A DNA stretch of 64,000 nt from an uncultured Alphaproteobacteria bacterium (GCA_963742085.1 CAVUKM010000015.1:139113-203112), one strand, 5' to 3'. Shown: positions 21,031 to 31,495, counted from the first letter of the stretch. A program made the numbers and translations. Notes: generated by a model from the letters alone, not told the origin.

Positions 21031-21216
21031 TCATTCGGATTCCGTAGCTGGGCAGGCGATAAACCGATATCGAGGCACCCAAGCGGAGTTCCAATTCTCG
21101 ATGGTCTTGCCGCACACGGCGCATTCAAAGCTGCTGATCTCGCGAGCCTCTGCAATGTGCTCGCTGCGGTCATAAACAGCGCCGCATTTACAGGATCGGT
21201 GACCGGATTCTGACAT
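21031..21216 (-). CDS. Small Zn-ribbon hypothetical protein
   Basis: MSESGHRSCKCGAVY...FECAVCGKTIENWNSAWVPRYR. Confidence 0.65.
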   Translation of the reverse strand: MSESGHRSCKCGAVYDRSEHIAEAREISSFECAVCGKTIENWNSAWVPRYRFIACPATESE

Positions 21217-21260
21217 GCCGCTATATGCGCCGCCAATGGCAACTTTTCCAGTAAGGAACG

Positions 21261-21295
21261 CTGCCACAATCAAACTGATCCACTACCGGAATTTG
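21261..21295 (+). repeat. 35-bp direct repeat, copy 2
   Basis: CTGCCACAATCAAACTGATCCACTACCGGAATTTG. Confidence 0.85.
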
Positions 21296-21563
21296 GACAG
21301 TGTTCCCCCGACCCGATAAACATGATTTGCCTGAAAACTCGGGCCGCGCTTCAATGGCATGCCCGCTCTCACCCGCCCTCGATCGCTCAAGCAATTGGGT
21401 CCATGCTATTCTTTTGCTGCGCGGCGTTAAGAGTTTTTAGAGCGGTGGTTGCTTAAGGCAAAATCCTGCCGCCCCTGCCGTCCCGATCAGATGGCCCCGG
21501 CGGTCTACTTCATCGTGGCCGTTTCTTTTTTGGCGCCCGATCGGGCGAGCAAGGATTGTTAGT

Positions 21564-22127
21564 TTGGAAAGCAAAATCGCGATCTTCATCGATGGCAATA
21601 ATCTCTATACGACCGCCAAGACACTCGGTTTCGATATCGACTACAGGCGCCTGCTCAAGGAATTCCAAAGCCGAGGAACTCTGCTGCGCGCGTTTTACTA
21701 CACCACGATCCTTGAAGATCAGGAATATTCGTCGATCCGTCCCTTGATCGACTGGCTCGATTACAACGGCTACACCGTCGTTACGAAGCCCGCGAAAGAG
21801 TATGACGATGGCGAAGGTCGTCGCAAAATCAAACGCAACATGAGTATAGAGCTCGCGGTAGATGCGCTGGAGCTCGCCGAGCATGTTGATCAGATGGTGC
21901 TGTTCTCCGGTGACGGCGATTTCCGCTCCCTGGTCGAAGCGGTGCAGCGGCGCGGGGTGTGCGTGACCGTGGTCTCGACGATTTCGAGCCATCCGCCGAT
22001 GATCGCCGACGAATTGCGGCGCCAGGCCGACGTCTTCACCGATCTGGTGGAATTGCGATCCAAGTTCGGCCGCGATCCAGTCGATCGCCCGCCCCCGCGA
22101 CGCACAACGCCGCCCAGCGGAATATGA
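21564..22127 (+). CDS. NYN-domain (LabA/DUF88) PIN-fold protein; start uncertain
   Basis: IFIDGNNLY, FSGDGDF and ADELRRQADVF motifs. Confidence 0.88.
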   Translation: MESKIAIFIDGNNLYTTAKTLGFDIDYRRLLKEFQSRGTLLRAFYYTTILEDQEYSSIRPLIDWLDYNGYTVVTKPAKEYDDGEGRRKIKRNMSIELAVDALELAEHVDQMVLFSGDGDFRSLVEAVQRRGVCVTVVSTISSHPPMIADELRRQADVFTDLVELRSKFGRDPVDRPPPRRTTPPSGI

Positions 22128-22469
22128 TCGCTCGGCGGCGTTGGCCCTAACTACTGGGCCCTCAAAATCCCCAGCACAATTGTGTCTGTACGAGCCGCGG
22201 CAAGGTTCACGGTCGCCGACAAGATAAATCCCACGATGGTTCGCGCGCGTCGGGATGCTGAGGGCGCTCAGCCGTCCCGACCGAGGTAAATGCAATCGCC
22301 GCTTCCAACGCACGTAGGACCGCGGCGGGTCCGCCAGGTGTCGCTATGACATCATGCTCGTAGGGCCAGACCAGATCACCGCGTTCCGGCATCAGCGGGA
22401 TCAGGTCAGACCGGCGGCAGGCCCGGCACGGGCCACAGGGAACGTCGCCGAGGACACTCATGGCGTGCC

Positions 22470-22825
22470 CCTCATCGGCTGGAGTGCGAAGCCTGGAACG
22501 CGATCATGTGGGCGGGCGGTCCGGCGATGCCCTCGCCCGGCGATCCCCAAGCCGAGCCGACGATCGCGAAATCCATCAACGGCGGCTTTGACCTGCTGGA
22601 GGCCAAGTGCAACCGGTGCGACCGTGTCTCGTTGGTGCCGCTGCACGCCCTAAGCACCCGCCGGAAACGCCGGTCTGGAAGCTGGAGGCGGCACTGTATT
22701 GCGAGCCGTGTAGCGCCGGTCGCCACTACAGCCGCCGGCAGCGAGCCCACATCCTCGGGCTGACCTATGCCCGGCCGGATCGGGAGCCTGGGCGAGCAAC
22801 TGCCCGCAAACCGCCGAAATCTTGA
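22470..22825 (+). pseudogene. Frameshifted paralog of the 1274-1723 Zn-finger protein
   Basis: RLECEAWNAIMW...PTIAKSINGGFDLLEAKCNRC, then after a frameshift KHPPETPVWKLEAALYCEPC; aligns with CESWNERIW...PTIDQAVNGGFPWLEIQCARC...KHPPTT. Confidence 0.75.
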
Positions 22826-22846
22826 AGTTCCCGAAGGACCGACCGG

Positions 22847-22912
22847 ATGTGCAATCTCTACAGCATCACCACCAACCAAGCGGCGGTCATCAGGCTTTTC
22901 CGTGTGGTCATC
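22847..22912 (+). pseudogene. 5' stub of a second SRAP gene
   Basis: MCNLYSITTNQAAVIRLFRVV against MCNLYSITTNQAAIIALFRVV at 1727; similarity stops abruptly. Confidence 0.85.
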
Positions 22913-23139
22913 GTCTTCAGGCCTTCTTACACTTCAGGGATAAGTATCTCGCTCACCTAGGAGCGCCAGATGCCGACATACCTATTCCTACAAACGAGGA
23001 TGTTATTGGTCTTTCCAAACTAACAGCAGAGACATTCGCAAAGCTCGCACTCGCTACAGCGGTAGTGACATTATCTCGGGAATCCCAACTGCCGGCCCAC
23101 AAGAAAAGCACCGAGACTTTTTGGCAAATATGGAAATAG
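22913..23139 (+). pseudogene. C-terminal fragment of an AT-richer gene with a HEPN-like RxxxxxH motif
   Basis: FRDKYLAHL at 22933-22959; no independent start. Confidence 0.4.
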
Positions 23140-23450
23140 GCGTCAGGCACGACCTCGCAGCGCAAGCGTGACAATCATCACGATTACGACGGCGGCTCCG
23201 ATAGCCAGATGTACTGAGGAAGGCGGACACGCTCGTACGCAAGCAATCAAGATGTTATAATCTTGTCAGGGAGCCGTGCTTGCACTGAGATGAGTTTTTC
23301 TTGTGAGAATAGCTGCTCCCAGTATCCACCCAACTGTCGGCATCGGTAATTGCTTGCCCATGTTGCTGCAACGCAGAAAAACAAACGCGCGGAAATTGAA
23401 GGTATTAGAACCCACAATTTAGGCAATCGGATTCAGTGACGATGGCGGCG

Positions 23451-24002
23451 CTAAACGGGTGCCAGCCGACTGATCGTGCTGTGGCTGACATTGTACGATC
23501 GAGCGATATCGGTCAGAACCTCTCCTGCCTCGCGGCGAGCGATTGCCTCCCTCCGCTGATGGCCGGTCAGCTTGGGCTTACGACCGAGGATCACCCCCCT
23601 CGCCTTCGCCCGCTCGCGGCCCTCCCCGGTTCGCGTCCGGATCAGTTCCCGCTCAAACTCGGCGAGACCACCCAAAACGGTCAGCATCAAACGACCGTGC
23701 GCCGTCGTGGTATCGGCCCAAGTGTCTCTAAGCGATTTGAAGCCCGCCTCTTTCTCTCCGATCGTCCCCAGCAGGTTGAGTAGGTCGCGTGTGGACCGCG
23801 CCAGGCGATCGAGCCGGGTGACAACCAATACGTCGCCTTTCGCAAGAGCTGCCATCAGTCTCGCAAGTTGCTTGCGGTCGGACCGAGCACCGCTGATTTT
23901 TTCCTGGAATATCTTCTCGCATTTCGCCGCTTTCAGTTCGGCTAATTGGGCGGACAAGGATTGCCCGTCGGTGCTCACCCGCGCGTATCCATAAACCGCC
24001 AT
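23451..24002 (-). CDS. Serine recombinase (resolvase/invertase)
   Basis: YGYARVSTDGQ, VVTRLDRLARS, AEFERELIRTRT and a C-terminal HTH. Confidence 0.93.
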   Translation of the reverse strand: MAVYGYARVSTDGQSLSAQLAELKAAKCEKIFQEKISGARSDRKQLARLMAALAKGDVLVVTRLDRLARSTRDLLNLLGTIGEKEAGFKSLRDTWADTTTAHGRLMLTVLGGLAEFERELIRTRTGEGRERAKARGVILGRKPKLTGHQRREAIARREAGEVLTDIARSYNVSHSTISRLAPV

Positions 24003-24019
24003 ATCGCCCTCCATTTCGC

Positions 24020-24095
24020 ACATATAATATGCACAACATAAAGCCGCATTTTATATGGGTCAACGAGTTTGTGCATAAATCATGATTTTTGCACA
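24020..24095. promoter_or_regulatory. Putative res site / resolvase promoter
   Basis: AT-rich segment with the inverted repeat TATGCACAA ... TTGTGCATA immediately upstream of the resolvase. Confidence 0.4.
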
Positions 24096-24231
24096 TCTCC
24101 AAGAGAGCTTGGGAGCACGTCGCCGGTTGACCCGCCTGAAGCGGTGGACCACCCTTCAACAGAGAGACGCTGAACGCTGGGGGTCGTTAGGGCCAATCGC
24201 AGCAATCTCCCGCGACGAGAAGGACACCATC

Positions 24232-25476
24232 ATGGCCCATGCCGAACAAGCACTCCCGCGCGCCTACGATCTTATCGTCTACGGCGCGTCCGGCTTTACC
24301 GGCCGTCTGGTGGCAGAACATCTGCTCGGCACCTATGGCGCCACGGGCGAAATCAAGTGGGCGATGGCCGGGCGAAACACCGGGAAACTCGCCGAGGTAC
24401 GCGACCTCATCGGCGGACCATCCAGTCTCCCGCTGATCGCCGCCGATGCGTCCGATCCAGCTTCACTGAAAGCCATGGCGGAAAACGCCAAGGTGATCAT
24501 TTCGACGGTCGGGCCCTACCAGCTTTACGGCGAGGGCCTCGTGGCGGCCTGTGCCGAGGCCGGAACCGACTATGTGGACCTGTGCGGGGAGCCGGCCTGG
24601 ATGGCGGCGATGATCCGCAAATACAGCGACGCCGCGAAAGCATCCGGCGCCCGCATCGTTTTTTCATGTGGCTTCAACTCCATTCCTTTTGATCTGGGAG
24701 TCTTCTTTCTCGAGCAGCAGGCGCGAGCCAGGTTCGGGAGGCCCGCGGCGCGGGTGCGCGGACGGGTGCGCAAAATGAAGGGCGATTTTTCCGGCGGCAC
24801 TGCGGCAAGCCTGATCGCGACTGTCGAAGCCGCCGCGCGAGAGGATGCAGTGCGCAAGTGTCTGTCCGATCCCTTCGCCCTGACGCCGGGATTTGTCGGA
24901 GCGGCTCAGCCCAGCGGAAACGAGGTCGGCGAGGACATCGTCGCGGGCTCGTGGGTTGCCCCTTTCATGATGGCGACGATCAACACCAAAGCGGTGCATC
25001 GTTCGAACCAGTTACTGAACTACGCCTATGGCCGGGATTTTGTCTACGACGAGATGATGATGACCGGCCCCGGCCCGGAGGGCGAGAAGCGCGCCAAAGC
25101 GCTGGCACGCCGCGAGGCGGTCCAGAACGCCCTGATCGGATTTGCGCCGACACGCGCCTTGATCCGTCGTTTTGTGCTGCCAAAGCCCGGCCAGGGCCCA
25201 TCCAAGGCGGCCCGCGACGCCGGCTTCTACGACATCCTGTTTATCGGCGAGACCAGCGAGGGCCACAGCCTGAAGGTCTCGGTCAAGGGTGACAAGGATC
25301 CCGGCTACGGTTCGACGTCCAAGATGATCGCCGAGAGCGGCATCTGCCTGGCGCGCGACGTCTCGCATGATGCGGTGGGCGGAGGATTCTGGACGACGGC
25401 CTCGGCGATGGGAGAGCGGCTCATCGGCCACCTGCAAGCCAAGGCGGGTCTCACCTTCAGGCTGGAGAATGGTTAG
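24232..25476 (+). CDS. Saccharopine-dehydrogenase-like / trans-acting enoyl reductase family oxidoreductase
   Basis: YGASGFTG, TVGPYQLYG, YVDLCGE and DPGYGSTSKM motifs. Confidence 0.88.
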   Translation: MAHAEQALPRAYDLIVYGASGFTGRLVAEHLLGTYGATGEIKWAMAGRNTGKLAEVRDLIGGPSSLPLIAADASDPASLKAMAENAKVIISTVGPYQLYGEGLVAACAEAGTDYVDLCGEPAWMAAMIRKYSDAAKASGARIVFSCGFNSIPFDLGVFFLEQQARARFGRPAARVRGRVRKMKGDFSGGTAASLIATVEAAAREDAVRKCLSDPFALTPGFVGAAQPSGNEVGEDIVAGSWVAPFMMATINTKAVHRSNQLLNYAYGRDFVYDEMMMTGPGPEGEKRAKALARREAVQNALIGFAPTRALIRRFVLPKPGQGPSKAARDAGFYDILFIGETSEGHSLKVSVKGDKDPGYGSTSKMIAESGICLARDVSHDAVGGGFWTTASAMGERLIGHLQAKAGLTFRLENG

Positions 25477-25505
25477 TCCCGGCTCGGAAGCTTAGGAATA
25501 ACTAG

Positions 25506-26959
25506 CACTACTTTGGCAGATTTATTCACGCCGTTGCTTTTCGCCGATTTGTCGTCTGCAGTACGGGCATCGCTGAGGTCGTGGTCGAACGATGAGTTCG
25601 ACGATGGCGTGGCGTACGGCCGGCAGGCTCGGCTGAGGCGGTGGACCGTTGATTTTTTTTTCCGCCCCGCTTGTGCGAGACGGCGATGCTGGAGGAATGC
25701 GTAAGCGATCATGGTCATGAGGGCATGACGATGGAGGCCTTGCCAGGATCGTCCCTCGAAGTGATCAAGCCCGAGTTCTTCTTTCAACTGCTGATGGGCC
25801 TGTTCGCAAATCCATCGCGCTTTGATCGTGGCAGCTAACGTGCGCAGATCCGTCTTGGCCGGCAGATTGGCGAGATAATATTTCCTCTCTCCCGACGCCC
25901 TGTGTTCACCGATGAGCCAGGCTTCGTCCCCCGGAAGATGCTGCTGGCCCTTGTCCTTGATCCGCTGCGGAGGTCCATCAGCGGTCCGCACGCGAACCGC
26001 GGCGAAGCGAGCTTCCAACCGGCCCTTGGTGCCGTTTCGCCAACTCACATTTTGCCACTTGGCATCGGCCAGCATGTCTTCGGCCGCCGTCGACAATACA
26101 TCGGGAATGTGCCGCTTGCGGGGACGACCCCGACCGGCAACCGGCCAGATCAGTTTTACCCCGACCGGATAAACCTTCTGGTGACGAGGGATACCGACGG
26201 CCCAGGCCAGGCCGCGTGTCGTGAGCCCCTGACGGAACGGCGCGCTGAGGCCGTAACCGGCATCCGCCAGCACACAGCCAAAACGCATACCGGCTGCCAT
26301 CACGCGATCGATCTCCGCCAAGGCGATCTCTGGCTTGGTCCGCGCTGCGCGGTGCTCGACCGGAACACCCGCACGCTTTAAACGCACCGGATTACTCGTC
26401 CAACTCTCGGGAACGAAGAGACGTAATGCCACCATTACCGGCACTTCACCCCGCGCAAGCGTCAGCGACACCAATGTTTGGCAATTGGCCGTCTTGCCGA
26501 GAGACGAGGCATATTGCGGAGCGACACCAACCGAACGATCACCCTTCTTCGGCATCGCTGTGTCGTCGATGACCAGCACCGCATCTTTGCCGCCGACCAG
26601 GCGATCGGCCTGAACCAGCAGTTCTGTCTCCAACGGCGCCGCATCCCAGACGCCATCAGCGATGAAATGGTGCAATTGGTCATAGTCGCCCGGTGCCAGA
26701 CGTGCTGCCATCGGCTGGACGCTCTTTCGATCGCCTGGTCCAATCAGTCCCGAGATATAAAGCGGACACATCCGTCGCCGAGCCTTGTGACCCAAGCGAT
26801 CCAGAGAATGGCTTGAGCCAGCGTCCAAGCTCGTCTTCCCACTTCGGCGTCGTGTTCACCATGGTCGGCCCTCCAAAAGCCGACCACCCATGAATCATTG
26901 AAAATCTGATTCGGGAATCCAGTTTCGCCAATCAATCGCCAAAATCTGCCAAAGTAGTG
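25506..26959 (-). mobile_element. IS701-family element
   Basis: Perfect 18-bp TIR CACTACTTTGGCAGATTT / AAATCTGCCAAAGTAGTG with CTAG on both sides. Confidence 0.93.
25522..26862 (-). pseudogene. IS701 transposase with frameshifts near 26805 and at a 9-base A/T run near 25655
   Basis: LVIDDT, VLADAGYG and RWICEQAHQQLKEELGLDHFEGRSW; WLKPF/LDRLGHK lie in different frames. Confidence 0.85.
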
Positions 26960-26963
26960 CTAG

Positions 26964-27792
26964 GGTCGAGACTCATTAAATCCACCATACAAGAGCGGCG
27001 ATCAGACAGACAGAGGCCAAGTAGTTTCGAGCCAGTCTGTCATAACGTGTTGCGATACGGCGGAAGTCCTTCAGCCTGTTGAATGCAGCTTCGATGCGCC
27101 AGCGAAGCTTGTAGAGGCGCTTGCTGAAGCGGAACGGTTGCTTCCTGTTGCTGCGATTTGGAATGACCGGCCTGGTTCCGCGCTCATCCAGTTCCTCGCG
27201 CAATTCGGCGCTTGAAGCTTGTCGCCAAGCATGCGTTTCGGCGACTTTACCCTGCGGATCAGGCGTTCTGCGACGGGCAGTCGTGGGCTTCACCTCCGGT
27301 CAACAGAATGGCGATGAGGCGTCCTTTAGCATCTGCGAGTGCGTGGATCTTCGTGTTGCGCCCTCCGCGCGAGCGGCCAACAGCCTGCTTCTGCTCCCCC
27401 CTTTTCCGCCCGATGCCGAGCGGTGCGCTTTGACGTGTGTGGAGTCGATCATCTGCGTGTCTGTGGATCGTCCGTTCCCAGCAAGCTCCCGGAACAGGCT
27501 TTCCCAGATGCCACGCCGCGCCCAGCGTACGAAGCGGTTATAGATCGTCGTCGGCGGACCATAAGCTTCCGGGCAATCGCACCAGCGGCAGCCGCACCTG
27601 AGCACGTGCACGATCCCGCTGATCACGCGTCGGTCATCGGCGCGCTCGACACCACGCACATCCTTCGGCAAATGCGGCTCAATCCGTGCCCATTGCTCGT
27701 CGCTTAGCCAGAACAGATTTCTGCTCATCAATTCTTCCCCAATACGAATCAACATCGTATTGTTCAAACAGAAAAATTAATGAGTTCTGACC
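26964..27792 (-). mobile_element. IS5-family element (two-frame transposase), damaged
   Basis: TIR GGTCGAGACTCATTAA / GGTCAGAACTCATTAA with CTAG flanks; WLSDEQW, IDSTHVKAH and RRIATRYDRLA; extra indels in the second frame. Confidence 0.9.
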
Positions 27793-27947
27793 CTAGTAGG
27801 CCCTCTCCACTCGTGCAGCATAGCAACCAGCTGCGACAAGATCAGGAAGTCCGCTTTGCCCCACACGAGCGGACGTCGTCAGGGTGACCGGTCATTTCCG
27901 CTAAGTGCCACCAATTTCGGAAGTGGTCCCTTCAGTCGACCATCCAA

Positions 27948-28377
27948 TCAGATAGGCTTCGCGAGCGGCTTGTCCTTCTCCACGATATAGTTGATCAATA
28001 ACCTGGACTTCGTATCGCCGGGTTTGCCTCCAGCGTGGGGCGTCTCGGGCGGGATTTGGAATGCCTCTCCAGCTTTGACTATGCGCGTCGGCTGCCCCTC
28101 GATTGGAATCTCGAAGCCACCACCTTCCATGACATAGCTCAATTCAATTCCAGGATGCGTGTGGCGCGCGATTGTCACGCCCGGCGGTATCGTCACGTCC
28201 ATGACGATGGTTGTGTAGCCCGGGACCGGACCGTCAATCTGCGACAAGATCTTGCGCGTCACCCCACCAGAGGAGGCCGGTTGAGCACCCTGTGCAGAAG
28301 CATCCGTAGCTACAGAATCCCGCAAGTCCGCAAATTGCACACGACGCTAAGCCCGCAAAACCTCGACGTGTTAGCAT
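27948..28377 (-). pseudogene. Cupin-domain protein with a Tat-like leader, frameshifted near 28315
   Basis: MLTRRGFAGLASCAICGLAGF, then VATDASAQ...RHTHPGIE...IPPETPH in another frame. Confidence 0.75.
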
Positions 28378-28658
28378 GATGTCCCTCCCGCTCGCGTCCG
28401 GGTCACTGATGCCTGGACTGCTTTACGCATAGTAGGCTGTGTTTCTTGCGCAGCAAGCGCGAACCGCAGATCGACAGGCCCTTAGGGTATACCAGACAGC
28501 CGCACCACCCTCCTCCCGCAACGCGTTATGCACTTTGCATGCTGCAGGAAGTCCTGCGCTTAGGGTCAATTTCGGAAATCGGCGCTTGTAACCGCGAGGT
28601 CTGCTTTGCTCCCAGGAGCCGACATCGTCAGCTTGGCCACGCACGTCCGGCAAGTGCC

Positions 28659-28877
28659 GATATTGTTGCAAAAGTCTTTTTGCGAGATGGGACTCAAATT
28701 CTCCGACCCGTAGGTGCGGCGATTGAATAATGATGTGGGGGACCACGTGGCAAAGCGCCAAACTCACAGGCGATTCGGGTAGCGCGTTTGAAGCCCTATT
28801 GATCGGCGATTGTCGCTTGTTTCGTTCTTTGGCGGAAAATTTGCCGCTACGCCTTTTGGGACTTTTGCAACAATATC
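28659..28877. mobile_element. MITE copy 2 (219 bp, perfect 18-bp TIR)
   Basis: GATATTGTTGCAAAAGTC ... GACTTTTGCAACAATATC; TGCC duplicated on both sides. Confidence 0.85.
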
Positions 28878-28906
28878 TGCCATGAACGGACATGGCCATT
28901 ATTCGA

Positions 28907-30379
28907 TCACCTCAGCGGCGGCGGCATGTAAGGGTCGGGCGTGCCAAGTGGGATCGGTGGATACTTCTTCAGACTGGCTTCGAACTCGCCAACGATTTTC
29001 ACCACCGGATCGGCAACCCAGCTGTTATATGCGCCAACATCGCGCTCCTCCTTCCGGTCAGTAAGCAGATTGATGATCTTGGGCAACGGTAGCGTCTGAG
29101 GCGGGGCGTACATGTTCTCTTGCCAGATCAAATGCGCTTTCCAGTTCCGCCACTTGACGGCCGACAGGCGGTCGGCGACGTAGGCAGGGAATCCTTCGCG
29201 GTTGGAAGCATCCTGCTTGCCGAGAAGGAAATCGAGCTGGTCCACGCCGTCGATCGGACGATCGGTTGGGGTCGCTGCTCCGCCAACACGCGCGAGGGTG
29301 GTGAACATGTCCACGATGTGAACAATCTCGTTGTTGACGCGACCCGCGGGTACTTTGCTGGGCCATCGAACGATGAACGGCGCGCGTAGCGAGCCCTCCA
29401 TCGCCGTGAAGTACGTTCCCCGCCAGGGTCCGCTGTCGCCCTCCCACGGGTGGGTCGCCTCCGGACCGTTGTCGCTGGTGAAGACGACCAGCGTGTTATC
29501 CTCGATGCCGGCCTCCTTGATGGCGTCGAGGATCTGACCGGTACGGTAGTCCATCTCGGCCAGGCAATCGGCCCAATCGCCGTTGCCGGTTTTGCCGGCA
29601 AACTCCGGATTTGGCAGTGTCGGCATATGAACCAGCGAGAACGGAATGTAGGCAAAGAAGGGTTTGCCTGCACTTGCGTTGCGCTTGATGAACTGTACGG
29701 CACGGCTCGTAATCTCCGCTTCCATGGTTCGACGATTGTCCACGTCTAGTTTCGCGACCACCCGAGGTTTTTCACCCTTGCGCGCTTCGTAAATCGGCTC
29801 CGGCTCGACACGTTTCGTGTTCCAACCCTGCTTGTCGCCAACCGACGGCCACATGCTTTTGGTCTCATTTAGCGATGGCCACATCGCCTCGTCATAGGTA
29901 CGCGGGATGCCGTACCATTCATCGAACCCCTGATTGGTGGGGAACCTCGCTTCGGCGCTGCCGAGATGCCACTTGCCCCACATGCCGGTGGCGTAACCCT
30001 GCGCCGACAACAGCTCCGCAATGGTGACCTCCCACTGCGTCAATCCGTCGGGGACGCCGCCAATCGGGACTTCGTAGGTGCCGGAGCGGATGGAGAAGCG
30101 GCCAGTCATGAGCGCCGAGCGTGATGGCGTGCATTGTGCCTCGACGTTGAAGTTGAGCAGGACCATGCCTTCAGCAGCGAGCGCGTCGATGCGCGGGGTG
30201 GCTGCGCCGCGAAGTATTCCGCCACCATAGACGCCCAGTTCGCCGTAACCCAAATTGTCCGCGAGCATGAAGACGATATTGGGTTTCTTCGGCTGCTGCG
30301 CCGACGCAGGCGTAACCGTCATCATCCCGCCAATCAGCGCAGCCGTCAGAGTAAACCAAATTCGGGCTCCTCTCATCAT
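28907..30379 (-). CDS. Arylsulfatase-family (formylglycine-type) sulfatase with signal peptide
   Basis: NIVFMLADNLG, CTPSRSALMTG (CxPxR), GKWHLG and FTSDNG. Confidence 0.92.
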   Translation of the reverse strand: MMRGARIWFTLTAALIGGMMTVTPASAQQPKKPNIVFMLADNLGYGELGVYGGGILRGAATPRIDALAAEGMVLLNFNVEAQCTPSRSALMTGRFSIRSGTYEVPIGGVPDGLTQWEVTIAELLSAQGYATGMWGKWHLGSAEARFPTNQGFDEWYGIPRTYDEAMWPSLNETKSMWPSVGDKQGWNTKRVEPEPIYEARKGEKPRVVAKLDVDNRRTMEAEITSRAVQFIKRNASAGKPFFAYIPFSLVHMPTLPNPEFAGKTGNGDWADCLAEMDYRTGQILDAIKEAGIEDNTLVVFTSDNGPEATHPWEGDSGPWRGTYFTAMEGSLRAPFIVRWPSKVPAGRVNNEIVHIVDMFTTLARVGGAATPTDRPIDGVDQLDFLLGKQDASNREGFPAYVADRLSAVKWRNWKAHLIWQENMYAPPQTLPLPKIINLLTDRKEERDVGAYNSWVADPVVKIVGEFEASLKKYPPIPLGTPDPYMPPPLR

Positions 30380-30454
30380 CTCAATCCCCATTGGCCTGCG
30401 GAACGGGTCGACATTTCAGATAGTGGAGAGCAGCGTTCGCGTGGAGAAGTCTCC

Positions 30455-31495
30455 TCACTTGTTGCCAAACGGGAATATCTTTTTCCAATCGTTTTTCATG
30501 TCGACGACGGTCCAGCCTTCCGCTTGCGCGGCGTCGAGTGCCTTGTCGAGCTTGCCCACGGAGGATTTGCGGTCGTAAGCCCATTCCCGTTCGGCGTCAG
30601 TGTGGTGCACGATGAGGGCGAAACGGACGCCGCCTCCTCCCCTTGCCCATTCGAGCATCTGCAGGTCGCCGTCGGAGTTGCCGAACGCCGCGATCGGGCG
30701 ACGGCCTATATGCAAATGGATGCCAACCGGCTTGCCCGGACCGTCGTCAATGAAATCGATCTCGGGCAGACGCATCAGCACCGGCCTGGTGTCGCGCAAC
30801 TCGAACTTCACCTTGCCGCTGCTGCCGACGACCTGCTCGGGCGGAATGCCATACACCTTCTCGGTCCACGGTCGCATGAAATCGATGCCACCGCCGGAGA
30901 CGATGAAGGTCTTGAAACCGTTCGCACGCAGATAGGCGACCAGTTCCAGCATCGGCTGATAGACCATCTCGGTATAGAGCCGCCCGGTGACCGGATGCTT
31001 CGCAGTCGCGATCCAGTCGGAAACGATCTGGTCGAACTCCGCGCTGGTCATGCCTGTATGCGTGGCCATGACGATCTGAAAGAGGGCTGGCTCGCCTCCG
31101 GCGAGCGCGCCTTTCACATCGCCCTTCAGCAGCGAGGCAAAGGGCTCGGTCGTGGCCCATTCCGGGTGCTGCGGGGCGAGCACCTTGACGCGGTGCAGGG
31201 CGAACAGCAGCTGGAAATACATCGGCTGCTCGGCCCACAGCGTACCGTCATTGTCGAAGGTGGCGATCCGCTCGGCCTCCGGTACGAACTCGGGTGAACC
31301 TTGCCTGGTCACCCGATCCACGAACGTCACGATGGCTTTTTTTGAAGCGACATCGTTCCAGGATGGCAGGGGATCACCCGCGGCCGGTTGCGCCGACGCC
31401 GCGACCGGAACGATCACCGGCAATGCCGGAAGCGCGGCGAAAGCCGCCAGCATCGTGCGGCGGCTGATCCGGTGAAATGTTTCGCTTGAATCCAT
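30455..31495 (-). CDS. HAD-family hydrolase with a Tat-like leader
   Basis: ISRRTMLA leader; ATFDNDGTLW, IVSGGG and FGNSDGD motifs. Confidence 0.88.
   Translation of the reverse strand: MDSSETFHRISRRTMLAAFAALPALPVIVPVAASAQPAAGDPLPSWNDVASKKAIVTFVDRVTRQGSPEFVPEAERIATFDNDGTLWAEQPMYFQLLFALHRVKVLAPQHPEWATTEPFASLLKGDVKGALAGGEPALFQIVMATHTGMTSAEFDQIVSDWIATAKHPVTGRLYTEMVYQPMLELVAYLRANGFKTFIVSGGGIDFMRPWTEKVYGIPPEQVVGSSGKVKFELRDTRPVLMRLPEIDFIDDGPGKPVGIHLHIGRRPIAAFGNSDGDLQMLEWARGGGGVRFALIVHHTDAEREWAYDRKSSVGKLDKALDAAQAEGWTVVDMKNDWKKIFPFGNK

Noticed and set aside
808-23211. Shared 13-mer CCGATAGCCAGAT near 808 and 23198 as possible island ends
   Set aside because: A 13-nt match is expected by chance in 64 kb, and the flanks do not extend convincingly.
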